Position numbers and translations under genes: made by a program. A stretch of 63,179 nt of DNA, filler included, from Vezdaea acicularis (taxonomy: Eukaryota): the NCBI GenBank assembly GCA_026025075.1. It is 3 parts of 3 records of this genome, joined end to end, with 100 filler letters (N's around TTAATTAATTAA, not from the genome) between each part and the next. Parts side by side here need not be neighbours in the genome. Positions count along the whole stretch, not along the records: positions 22,571 to 44,833 come from JAPEUI010000189.1; positions 44,934 to 63,179 come from JAPEUI010000205.1; 1 more part is not named here. One strand, 5' to 3'. Under the pieces are notes generated by a model, which saw only the letters and a list, made by a program, of their open reading frames with translations, was not told the DNA's origin and made no database searches. This document shows, in pieces, positions 37,638 to 49,747 of the stretch (its first letter is position 1; each line of letters opens with the position of its first letter).

Positions 37638-38983
37638 GCCGCCTCCGGGAGAGAATATATATGAATGAGGCTCTTTCGGTGAACGTGTTGGTGTGATTGT
37701 ATTCTGGTGCGCCAGCTAGAAGGCAAATGTGTTCACTCGGTTTTCCCAGAGTACGAAGCGTGAGTTGAATTGCATCTCCGGTTGGCAACGCACGGTCAGT
37801 TGCCTACCTACTACCTTACAAGTTAGGCAACCAACCACCCAGCGAACCGATGCGACCCACCGCGAAAGCGCGAGACCTACACCCCACTTATATAAAGACT
37901 TCTCGACTGTTTCTCATCGCAATCATTCCGAAGTACTCAAATACACCTACAAGTTTGACTTTCCACGTAAGTCGTCCCGACTGGTCTCACGGCATGCCTC
38001 GTCACAACATATACTAGACCTGCGGAGAACTTTGTGTCTAGCATCGTTCTGCAAATGGAGAGGTCACACGTTACCGACGGTGGTCAATGCTAGATTCATG
38101 ATATCGCCTGCGCCTATCCGACGTAGGGGGCGAGGCTGAGTAGCCTTCTCCGGTTTGAGCAAGCTGAAGGCAAAATAAGTAGTCAGGCTCCCCACCGTAC
38201 ATTGCAGGGATGTGACTTCTTTTTAACAATAGGATTTTGCCGTGAACTCCGACGTTTTATGTCCAGCCGCGTCGTTGCTACCAGCATGACACTTGTGGAG
38301 CCTCATAGCCTTGGTGGCCCTCCTGCTGTTAAATAGCATTGGCTTCTCAATTGCTGCGCACCTTTAATCGGGGCGACGGACAAAAGCGAAAGCCTGACTA
38401 AAATCATCCCGTCACAAGACCCGTGTGTTCCACTGGTACGAGCCTATCTTCTATGTCCGCTTAGAGCTTGACGCGTTCGATCGTGGCGAGGTCCGATTCA
38501 TAGCAAGCCGAGGCGATGCCTACAAGGTTGGCCGGTTACATCACTGTCATGAAAAACCTCAGGCATCACTACATATGCGCAGGGGGCCTACTCGCTGCAA
38601 GACAAAATGTGAGGAATCTACTTAGGCTCTCGGGTGAAAATGTGAGCAGGAGTAGTTCCCTACTTGCGTGTTTGTGAAACGTGGTCTTGAATAACGAGCA
38701 TTGGTTAGTCACTCTGTGCAGAAAAGGATCTTAAGAAATATTCAGGAAACACTTGAGATAGTCAAAATTTATTGGCATAATGATCACGACCAGCCATGCC
38801 ACTCCGCTGGCGTGCATGTCTTTGGAGGCAATGTGATTGGAGGGTATGCAAGACGGGGCACCTCCATCGAATCGGAAGGGGCAAACAGACCTTTGAACCT
38901 AGCCGCGCGCACGAAACCTTCAACGACAGAGACCGCATGGGCCTAGACAACCTGCTCTTGCGTTCTGGACGCGTTACAGGAGT

Positions 38984-41050
38984 TTGATTAAATGGATTCC
39001 AAGAAAGTGTGAGGTAGATTACGTGACTCTATTCGAATTTTTGGCTAATAGTGTCGCGGTTAGGTTGAGAGATGTAGTCGAAAACATAGGCAAAGCGGAT
39101 TACCGTAGTGCAGCTTACGTGAAGAGCACTAAGCCTTTGGGAGAATATATTGATGGAAAACCTGGGATGCTACCGATGGATAGGTTCTTTAAGACACGCT
39201 GGGAGGGCGATATTATAAGCAATCACATATCAGGGGGCCCACCTGAGAACTCAACCTACACGCCTATTTCGATGAAAGCGCCCTATAATGGTCCTTATGG
39301 GCAATTTCTGAAAGAACAGAGTGATCACGAACTTAGCGGCCGGATCAAAGCTGGCTGGTCAGGCCGAGGACGTCATGCGCTCTTCAAGAGAGACCATGAA
39401 GTTCTCGAAGTCTTGACTCCAGATGGATTTCTCGGCCAAGGTGGATACAGTGTGGTACAAGCGGTTAAATGCGTTGCGTCAAATGGAGTTGAAGTTCGCA
39501 TCGCTCAGAAGGTCATTCAAACGGAGTCTGATGATGATGTCAAGGAGATTCTAAAGGAGATAAAGCTTATGAATAGGCTAAAACATCCACATGTGATACA
39601 GCTAGTCGGCACCTACCTCCTAGCTCGCAAGATCAATATATTGATGTATCCCGTTGGAGAGGATCTGCTTGCCTATATGACGAACATCGACGGCAACGCC
39701 CCTTTCAACGAAGTTCAATCACTTATACGCTTTATTCCTTGTCTTTCCGGTGCTCTGGAGTATCTGCATCGTGTTGGAGCGCGACACATGGATCTCAAGA
39801 GCGCAAACATCATTGTGAAGCGAACAAGCAGCATTACTAGAGTATATATGAGTGACTTTGGACTTTCTCGCGATTTCACACCCTGCGGAGATAGCCGGAG
39901 TTCAGGTCCCGTCGCATTTACCAGGACATACGTTGCGCCAGAAGTTGCTCGCTGCGAGAGCCGAGGTCGACCGGCTGACATTTTTTCCCTTGGGGCTATC
40001 TTCTCAGAAATATTAACAGAGGTGGCATCTTGGCTTCCCTCCCATGCTCTCTATGCAGAGCTCGAAAGCAACTTTCCCCTGCTGAATCTTACTAATTTCC
40101 GAAAATATCGTACAAATAAGGATGAGAAGCAAACACCGGCATTCCAGTGTAACCTAGAAAACGTTAGTAGGTGGCTAGGTTTTTGTGTACGAGTTATTAT
40201 ACGCCATAGGGACATTCTTACGCTTCCAATCTCCGAAAAGACGCTCCTGAATATGCTTCGGGACGACCAGAGCTTACGTCCTTTAGCATCTGATCTTGTC
40301 ATCGAATGCGGTTCCTGGCCTTGTTGTGCCTCTAATGATGATGAATACGACCAATTTTGGCCTGAGTCGAACATGGTGGATACTACGTCAATAAAAGAGA
40401 CTGAGATGGTCGTTGGCCAGCTAGCTCATGATTTGACCGAGCCTCCTTTAGTTAAGAGGATACGTGATGCGAATGAGCCGGCTGCTCAAATGAATGATTT
40501 TGAAGAACCTTCCCCGAACATGGCTGGTGCTGGAAGATATCCTAGACCGATAGTAATTGAAGAACCTTCCCCGAACATGGCTGGTGCTGGAAGATATCCT
40601 AGATCGATAGTAATTGAAGATAGCTCTACTGAAATCGAAGGCTTCGACGAAGATTCTGAGGAAGAGCCTCTGATTGAGTTTCCATTCTGGCGAGGAGACC
40701 ATGAACTAAATACATACATCCACAGCGCTGAAGGTATCGATCTTGCAATATTTAGGATACGAATAGTCCAGTATTTAGGAACAAATGCTACCGTCAGAGC
40801 TACGACTATCGAGGTAAGCTGGCAAGTTACCGGGTTTGTTAAACACAGCTAAATATTCCTTCAGGGAAGACCAGTGTATCTTGTAGAGGCTAGTCACGAT
40901 CTTTTACCACAAAATCTAGCAGAGCTTAAAAGTATTTCATCTGCACATAGAGAGCGATCGCGCAACCTAATAGGCATACGCAAGAATAAGGTACCGTTTA
41001 AGCAAAATGAAAGGTCCTATCTTCAGGTGGGTGATACCGTTTATAAGTAA
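38984..41050 (+). CDS. Fungal Ser/Thr protein kinase with a C-terminal RfeG-like domain; intron 40814-40864; start uncertain
   Basis: LGQGGYSVV, IAQK, HMDLKSANI, SDFGLS, YVAPE, ADIFSLG; spliced last exon GRPVYLVEASHDL...; first in-frame ATG at 39167. Confidence 0.8.
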
Positions 41051-41492
41051 CTTGATGTTCTACTACGCTGGATATTAAGTAAGATCATCACAGTGAAGAT
41101 ATGCTCCTACTTGGGCATCCCCTCAACAGAATCGGCAGAAACGTAACCTCAGCCTAATTCGGTCCTGTGGCCACCATTTCAACATGCGACCTTATTGCAG
41201 ACAGGCACTGGATTGGGGATTCTCAGAATTTGGGCACACATGATTATACTGAAGACTAGATAAAATTGAATGTCTAGGATTCTCTAAAGATCGTCTTCAC
41301 GTGAGCGTGTCTTACCAGTCTTGGGCGGTTTAGCTTTTCCATCAAGCTGGTTCTCTATGGAGAGCTGACTGCATTTGGAGGTCCCTCAAAAAAGGACCAA
41401 AGTGGAATGGCGTAGAAAATTGGGGTGTGAACACATTGTAGTATAAACGTATTATTTCTTTGAATAGACCCTCAATAGATTTCATATAATGT

Positions 41493-42292
41493 TTAAAGTT
41501 TCCATTTCCTGGCCACCTCTATTCCTTCTGCTAAGGTGCCTACCCTTGCATCGATGGCACAACCTTCGCTTTCTAACTTTTTGCATTCCGCATAGAGATC
41601 CTTCAGCGGCACAGTGAAGACCTCGATAAACTCGCTATCTTCCAGTTGAGGCTTCGGCTCCTTATTCTCAGGAAGCGACATATCGACCTTAACATGTACT
41701 ATATTAAGATTCGTATTACAAAAGCCCGGATCTGCGATTAAGCATTAGCTCAAAACCTTAAAGAAAGCCCCCTGTCCCATGAGAAACTAACCGTTAAACA
41801 TCAATGGGCTGACGCTCGTGCCGACCTTGACTACCTCCCCCACATAACCTGTCTCTTCCTTCAGCTCCCGAATCGCACATGTCTCGACGGACTCCCCTGC
41901 ATCTATAAGCCCTGCAGGCACCTCAATGCATACCTTGGCAACAGGCGGTCTGAATTGCTTCTGCAGCAGCAGTTCCGGGCCGGATGGCTTTTCAAGAATG
42001 GCCAGGATACCGACGCCGTCGACGTCACAATTGGCAGGGCGGGTCCGTCGTTCGGAAGATTCCCATGTGCGAGCTTTACCGAGAGGATCTGTATAGTTTA
42101 TCCTATTTGCAGTGTTTAGTCATTGCATGAAGGAGGGGTTATGGAGCGGAACAAGTGGTTCTCACTTGACTAGCTTCGTCCATTTCGCCTCGTCGTTCGA
42201 CTAGATATCGTGAGCGATCTACTTCCAGGGCGAGACTCTCGAAGGCTTACCAATGGCTCACGTGAGTCTACTCTTGCTTTTGAGGAAGACAT
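41493..42292 (-). CDS. YSA1: ADP-ribose pyrophosphatase (Nudix, NUDT5-like), multi-exon
   Basis: Nudix box GLIDAGESVETCAIRELKEETGY; QKQFRPPV; DPGFCNTN; C-terminal IDARVGTLAEG. Confidence 0.9.
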
Positions 42293-42927
42293 GATGTGTG
42301 GCCCTATAGGACGTGCTTTCAGTGGAGAGGTGGTAAGAGGAGCGAAGAGCTGGTGCGAATTGATTAATTCTAGACGTCGATTGGTGGCGCGGCTCAACTT
42401 CGAGCTTTGTGTCTGGAAAGTTTTAATGCCGATAGAACCCCATTTCATTTCAAGAAGCGGCTCTCTCTACATGCTGACATAGAGACTAAGCAATCATGCT
42501 CAACTAAATTGATGCATGCTATGAGATCATTCCGAGCTGTGATCTCGGCTAATCAGACTTTTATTTATCGAATAGGAATTCAGAAGCAAGCGTTGCGGTA
42601 TCACTCACTTGGGCTAGTGCTATGCTCTTTAGATTCCCGATATGTGGTATGAAATGGAAGCTTCATATATTTCGTCTTACTAGGTCTCACTAGGTCCTGT
42701 ACTAGTGATCACTTTCAGTATGATAGTCTGGCAGCTCGCATATCTATTTCCTAATTTCTCTTTCGCAGCTTTTGGCTTAGAATCTAGAGTAGCCTTCTCC
42801 ATTTCACATGACGGCCGCTTGTCCCCCTCCAAACCCAATGGCATCTCATCCGAGTCTCAGAGTACCCTCTCGTGTACCTTTGGCTACATGGCTTTCACAG
42901 ACCATCCCGAGCCCGTGTGACCTTGAT

Positions 42928-43502
42928 TCAATGGATGTCAGCTATTGCTTCGAGAGCAACAGCGATCCTCTCCATAAATCGACCCTGAGCGTTGGCTGCG
43001 TCCACCTCTCCGTTACCAGTTATGTTTACTAAACGCCACGCCTCCACCTCGTCGGTGAAGCGCTTGACAAGGACCGAAAGCTCTTCACGGAGGCGGTCCA
43101 GGCTTTCCTGGTCGACCGCTATAAGAAGTTAGTAGGAGCTCGTACAAGCCACGCCGTAGCAAAGCAGGAGGCAACTCACGGAGGGCGCTGATTGAGTCGG
43201 CATAGCCTATCAAGTGGTTGGCGGCAAGGTGGAAGGGGTCGGGGATCTACAAGACATTAGTAGAGTAAGCAGGAGACACGCAAGCGACTCACCTCGTGGC
43301 AAAAGTGCTTCAGTCCTTTGCAGCGAGTGCATTTATGAGACGTGGCATTCCGAAGACACACAATGTTCGGTTTGGCTCCCAGCTGCTTGAAGCAGCCAAG
43401 GCACATCCGTCTGGTCAGCGGCGGGGTGCCGATGGCAAGCGGCGGAGCGACCCCAGCCACTGAGGGCTTCTGCAGCGAAACAGGATCTTGAGTTTTTGAC
43501 AT
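42928..43502 (-). CDS. Small protein with an atypical Cys6 zinc-cluster-like motif; introns 43247-43292 and 43119-43179
   Basis: CLGC-x11-C-x8-CTRC-x6-C; two canonical GTGAGT..CTAA..AG introns keep the frame to ...ALEAIADIH*. Confidence 0.6.
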
Positions 43503-44254
43503 GATTGAGTAAAGAAAGCCTAAGGGCGGGGAGAAAGACACCGAAGACGGTGGGAACAACAACGTGGCACTCGCTCAGACAGCCAGCGCACGTAAGAAAA
43601 AGAAAGAGAGAGAAGACGAGAAGATGGTGGCGGGGGCCCACTTTATATACCCCTTCGACACACTTGCAAGGCCACTGTAGAGGGGGCAACGATTTGAAAA
43701 ACAAATGACACGCGGCGTAAAACCGGTGGCGACGCGATGAGGCTGTTGATACACAGCTCCATCGCGAGGGAGGCCACGCGACAGCCGAGTTATCTCCTCA
43801 GTAACGTTGAACAGTGAGGGTTGAACCCTAGGAGCCGCAACTGTAAGAACGCAAGCATTACCGGAAGAGATTTCAGAGCTCTGCCGGTACGTTACCCTAG
43901 CGTGTCGTAGCTCGGCCAAGAGCAGAGAACAGAGCGATGGGCAACAAAGGGGCTTGCAACTATGCTATTCTCATCTTGCTCCTACACTTCGTGACGCCTG
44001 CGCTACTCTCGATTGATCCTAGCCTGCTCCCTGCTCGTATGCTGCATCCTTATACCTGTACGATGAGGGATTGCCCCTTATTGGACGTCAAACTGGCGAG
44101 AAAAGACAGGACTTGTCCAGGAATCAACTGAACTCATATGGGTCAAAACACTAGAGGTTGGGGCTTCTTGAGTGCTTTGTATTTTTGACTTGCAGCGATT
44201 CTCTAAACCCGACCTGCAAGACTTCAATAAGTCTGCTTTGTTAGGTCAAGTTTA

Positions 44255-44833
44255 TTACGTCTTGAAACGCTGAACAAGCCCATGTAATCGATCGATGACA
44301 ACTGGAAAGATCGCACTGACGCTATCCGCTATCAAACTCTCGAAATGCCTCATTGCCTCTTCTTCGCTCATCTCTAGATGGAACCTCTCCTTAACTTTGA
44401 GCACAGCTTTATCTGGCTCTAACATGATGTCGGGAATATTGGCGTCGACCATAAGTGAAAAAAGGTTTAGGATGAGATTTGAAGACTTGCGCAATGTTGT
44501 ATAGGCTGTAAAGCAATACTGCTTGAAAGCAATCCAATACTGGCTATTTGATCCACCCATGCCTTCAACCATCTCTTGACACAGCTTCATGGCTGGAGCA
44601 AAGGGCTTCGGATCGCGGCCCAGGATATATCCGAAGTCTGCGTGAAAGAAGTGGCCTAGAGTATATCAGGTTGGATTTCTAACAAAGGGGCTAGCAACAC
44701 TCACCATCTGGTGCCAACAACAGATTATCAAGATGCCTGTCACCAACGCCAAGAAGGTAGGTGATTACGCAGTAACCCGCGCAGCTCTTGATGTATGTGT
44801 CCATAGTCTCTCTCCTTACACCGAGTGGTGCAT
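44255..44833 (-). CDS. VPS34: Class III PI 3-kinase, C-terminal catalytic part (5'-truncated by the gap)
   Basis: [44 protein letters not shown]. Confidence 0.93.
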
Positions 44834-44933
44834 NNNNNNNNNNNNNNNNNNNNNNNNNNNNNNNNNNNNNNNNNNNNTTAATTAATTAANNNNNNNNNNN
44901 NNNNNNNNNNNNNNNNNNNNNNNNNNNNNNNNN
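44834..44933. other. Artificial contig-joining spacer
   Basis: Same N/TTAATTAATTAA linker as at 22471. Confidence 0.97.
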
Positions 44934-47669
44934 CTGTTCGTATACACAAACTCATCGTACATAATCGCCTCCACCTTCTTCCCAAATAGTCCGCTCGAAG
45001 GATGGATGGCAACGGTCTGATTACCTTGAATCGTACGATAGCTACCGTCCTTTGCAAGCATTGCTGTTCGACATGCAAATGCCTTGAGAAAGCACTTCAA
45101 TATCAGTTCTGAACGCTCTGGAGTGATCGCAGGGGCTTGAGCTTGAAGCGACAATTCTGAGGAACTTAGTAGCCCCTGGCGTTGACAATGAAGACGTAAT
45201 TGTTTTCGTATGTCCATGACTGATGCCAACGCCCTATGTGATACGAAATGCCGTTCAGCCCATAACTTCCTGTCAGCCCTCTCAGATGCATAAGCCTGAA
45301 CGGTAGCCAGTAAGGTGATGTGATCACCTTCTCGCCGTGTCAAGGACTTCCGTGCCTCCTCAGCAGCTTCTCTCTTCTCTTCGGACAACAAGGGTAAGAA
45401 CACGTTCTCAACACTTAGACAGGAGATAATGTCAATAGCCTCAAGTAGGCAGCCCGCTTGAGGCTCCGATGCAGCCAGCAATACCCGGCCTAGCAGAGGA
45501 GAAAGGGGTAGTCTCGCAATTGATTGGCCAAGTTCGGTGATGTCTCCAGTCGATGGATTCAGCGCTCCAATGGACAGTAACTGAAGCAAGGCGCTTTGAA
45601 GAGCTTCTCGGCTTGGGGAGTCCAGAAAGGGAAACGTGGTGACATCGCTAACTTTTCGTGCCTTGATATTAAGTAAAGTATCCAGCAAATCGCAACGTAG
45701 TATCTCGGGTGTGTTGGCTACATCCAGCTTGAGGTACTCATCTTCCGTATACAGCCGATAACATTTCCCGGGGGCTTCCCGCCCTGCTCGGCCTTTCCTC
45801 TGTATTGCGGAAGATTTCGAGATTGGTTTTGCTAGAAGCGAGTCTAATCCAAGTCGGGCACGGAATTGTTTAACTTTGGCTTTCCCACAGTCAACGACAT
45901 AGCAAACCCCTGTCACAGTCACCGAGGTCTCTGCAATATTTGTTGCGAGAACTATCTTCCTGACTTTAGGGGGTGCGGGCTCGAAGGCCCTCTGTTGGGC
46001 TGCCTGTGGAAGACCGGCAAAAAGGGGTAGGACTTGGACCTATTCGAAGACAATAAGCACAAACGCATCAACTTGTTGCTCCACTGGAGCTTACCCTCGG
46101 CACATCAGCCTGCATCTGCGATGCGTAGTCGGTGATCAATCTTTCCAGCTCCTCTATGTCGTCCTGACCCGTGAGAAACACCAGTATGTCGCCTGGCAGA
46201 GCTTCTGCGTAGTGAATCTGAAAGATAGTCCTCAATGCGCCATCTACATAGTCGTGGACAGGTTCCGGCGCATAAAAAATCTGAACAGGGTATTGACGTC
46301 CCTCAATGAAGCAAGTGGATACCTTGATCCGGCCTTCCTTATCCTTCGATGCAGCATTCACCTTTCCAGTGGCAAGATTTTGAGAGCGGGCTTCCAGAGT
46401 ATGTACCTCTTTAGTGGCTGGAGATCGTCTTTGTGATGCTCTGCCAGATGCAACGTCGATCTCCCCTGACTTCCGTACCCTCTCAATAGAGTGATCATTA
46501 TCTAAAGTAGAAGACAAGCCTGCACCGCTCTCTGGTTGTGTTCCTGGTGAGCTAGCTTCGGACGAGGAAATCCCAGACCAATCACTAAATTCTCCCGGAT
46601 CGTCGGCCCGTTCCGAGTTTGATGCTTTTGCCCTATTCTGAACTGCGTCACCGCTCTTCGAATGGTTCTTATTATGTGGGTTGCCCGTGAAGAATTGGGC
46701 GAGGCTCTCTGCGTCCGCTGTAGCACTCATCACAATGACCTTCAGGGGCACCCCTCCTCGGTCCTCGTTATCACTCAACAGTATCCTTTTCAGGAACCCG
46801 ACAATGAGATCTACATTGACTCCTCGTTCGTGAATCTCGTCAACGATGACGGCACTGTACTTGCGAAGCCAGGGATCATGGAGCATTTCTTGGAGTAGCA
46901 TTCCGTCTGTAAGGAACTTGATCCGAGTCTTGTGCGTTACAGAGTGATCGAAGCGCACGGAGTATCCAACTTGACTCGCAGGCATACTAGAAGCCAGTGG
47001 CTCACCCAACTCGAGAGCAACCCGCCGCGCTAGGGTGATTGCCGCGACCTTTCGAGGTTCCGTGATTGCAATGCAACCTCCCACCATCAAGTTCTGCAAC
47101 CCATTGTCTTCTTGTACTTGCACCTTCACCTGCTTGCACCATGGTTGGTCCACTAAAAATTTCGGTACTTGTGTACTTTTGCCACTTCCTGTTTCACCGA
47201 CTAAGAGAAGCACATCGTTCTTCTGGAGAGCTTGCCGGATCTCTGTTGCATGAGACCATATAGGTAGAGAACGAGATGCTCCATCTAGAGCACTTGTGAC
47301 ACCGCCTCCTCGCGAACGCGCTTTATATCTTGCGGAAGTATTTGTGCTGAGACCTCTGCCAAGCTCAGGCCCATTTGTAGGACTAAAGCGTCTCCCTTGA
47401 AGGCTCCCCTTCATTCGCGCCGAACCAGTCCCGCTCCGTGTTATGAAAGCATCAGGTGTTACACCGTTGCTTCTAGGGCGCGGAACATCTGCTTTGTGGG
47501 CTAACAGCGACGACTTGACTTGCTCAGAAGTTGAAAATGTCCCTTTTTGCAATGCTGAAGGCTGCTCTTTCGAAGGCGGTGGCGTCCAATTTGATGGCCG
47601 AGAAGTCGCGTTCACTGGCGGATATCTCTTTCTTTTAAGTCCATTTTGCACTCCGACAGATGAGTTCAT
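44934..47669 (-). CDS. DHR2: DEAH-box RNA helicase (Dhr2/DHX33-like), 3'-truncated; intron ~46040-46094
   Basis: GETGSGKSTQ, DEIHER, MSAT, FLTGQDDIE, ATNIAETS, QRKGRAGRE, HA2 and OB regions. Confidence 0.85.
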
Positions 47670-48234
47670 TATATGACCAGTCTAAGCTAAGCCAGTTGTC
47701 TGGTTGTTCTGCCTGTCAAGACCTGCGGATCCTGCAGAGGTCTTTGCTAATTTTATGTCGGAATCAAAACGTAGATGCATAGTTGGTTTCACGCTCTTCA
47801 AAAAGTAGCAGCGGAGAACTGGGGGTTTCCACTATGCTGTAATACATGCTGTTGAAGGCGGAGCGCACGAAAAGACAAAATGATGCATTCTCGTAGAGCA
47901 CAAGCAGAAATCACCACATCTATGTACCTAAAATGGCAATTTTACGCGAATTGTGCATGCTAAGCGTTTCGGCTTTTGCTGCCCAGTCACTTTGAAATAT
48001 TGCATACGTTTACCAGTGGCTATACTTGCATAACAAAGCTAGTTCACTATTTTTCCAGTCGAATATAGAGCCTGAAGCAACATGAACATTGGTTAAGTTA
48101 TCGAAAGATATACCAAGCAAAATAATGCACGAAGTGCGAAACCACATGCACTAGGTAATCAATGCTGGTAGATCAAACGCTAATGTGCCTCATAACGCAG
48201 TTTAATATTACATTGATTTATTATTCCGTGGTGT

Positions 48235-49234
48235 TTACCCGTCAACGTCCATCTTCTCGCCCACAGCCGTCTCGCCATCATCCTTCAGCTCATGGACGGT
48301 CACGTACTTGCTGATCTCCTCCTTAGTAATGATCTTTTCCTTCAGAACCGCCGTCGTCCCTCTTGCGAATTTGTAATCCCTCTGTTTCTTTTCGCGCTTG
48401 TTAGGCTGGATGTAGTTCCTCATCAATGTTGTCTTGTCTTCCGTGATCACGCAGACATCTACATTAGACCCAGACCCTAAATCGTTGAAGATGCCGGCCT
48501 GAATGGCATCTGAAGATAGTTTGATCGCCTCTTCCCTAGTCATTTTTGTCTTCCATCCCGACTCAAACACCGACATAGCAGCAAGGGAGCCACTACCCAT
48601 TGTGACATATGGAAGCTTATCGGTACTACCGTGAGCATGGACTGTGAATAGTCCTACACCAGTCGGATCAACCCCCGCCACAACAAGGTATGCGCCTATA
48701 TGGCCTTGATAGCGGAATAAATGTTGTTTGAGCATTGTCATACAAGTGACAACACGAGGTTTGCGGCCAGTGGACAGAGCATGTAGTTCGAGTTGAGAGG
48801 AGATGAGGGCTGTCGTGAATTCAGTATCAGCTGCAGTACCAGCACCTGCACACCATATTTGAGGGGCGATGTAATGTAGCTTTTCGCAATTCTATTGAAA
48901 TTGACTGGTTAGACTTTGTCTCTCTTAGGAACGATCACTGAAAGCCCCACCTTGTCCGCTACTATAGGACCACTTGTAGCTCTTGTGTCCGCTGCGATCT
49001 ATAAAGAAGATGAGCTATCAGCAAATCTTCCAAAGCTAAGAGAAGCGAAAGGTATAGACCAAAGGCTCTGTTTGTAGGAGGAAATGCAGGGCTTCAGATT
49101 CTACTTACTACCACACCTCCATCATATATACACCCTACGATGGTTGTACCAGTACTAGTGGCTTTTGGGAGTGGTACACCTCTAGCATGCAAGGCCACAT
49201 TGCGAGTGTGGTTTGAGAAGTCGAAGCCCGGCAT
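48235..49234 (-). CDS. PUP1: 20S proteasome beta-2 subunit, two introns
   Basis: [56 protein letters not shown]. Confidence 0.95.
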
Positions 49235-49747
49235 AGCAATCAATTAAGCTCTTCAAGAGCTAGGAAGTGATGTTGTTTGAGAGTCTAGGATGGAATGGCC
49301 GAAGCTGAACCGGAGAGGGCGGATTATCCTTTCAAAAGCTTTGAGGGGAAGTTTTTGGCTATGCAAGACGTGTTCGTTGGTAGTTCTTGATCGCAAGGTT
49401 CGTCGCTGACGAGGCTCAGTGTGCCTGAAACTCACCCAGAGCTTGACCCGCGACTCGCGAGAGCGCGAAGCATCCTAACACGTGACTTATATTTTGCCAA
49501 TACGCGCTCGAGGCAACACCCGGTGTTGGAGAAGGCACGCTGGAGCATACAGGCCGCATCGAAACCCCTCTAAGAACCTTGTATAGGTCTGGTTAGATGT
49601 CAGTGTACCAAGAAAGCTTGCCACGGCTGAACATACTTCCAGTCTCTCCAGGTCGAAAATAGTCTAAGAGATTCCGACATAGTCGCAACTTTGAACGGTT
49701 GTTATGAGTCCGTGAATGGCAACTCGAGCGCACTGTGAGACAGCGCA

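Noticed and set aside
49440..49520. Single CACGTG with nearby CGCG motifs in the PUP1/NUP159 divergent promoter as an array core or PACE site
   Set aside because: It lacks the second box at 21 bp and the arms; TTTGCCAA is only a partial PACE match
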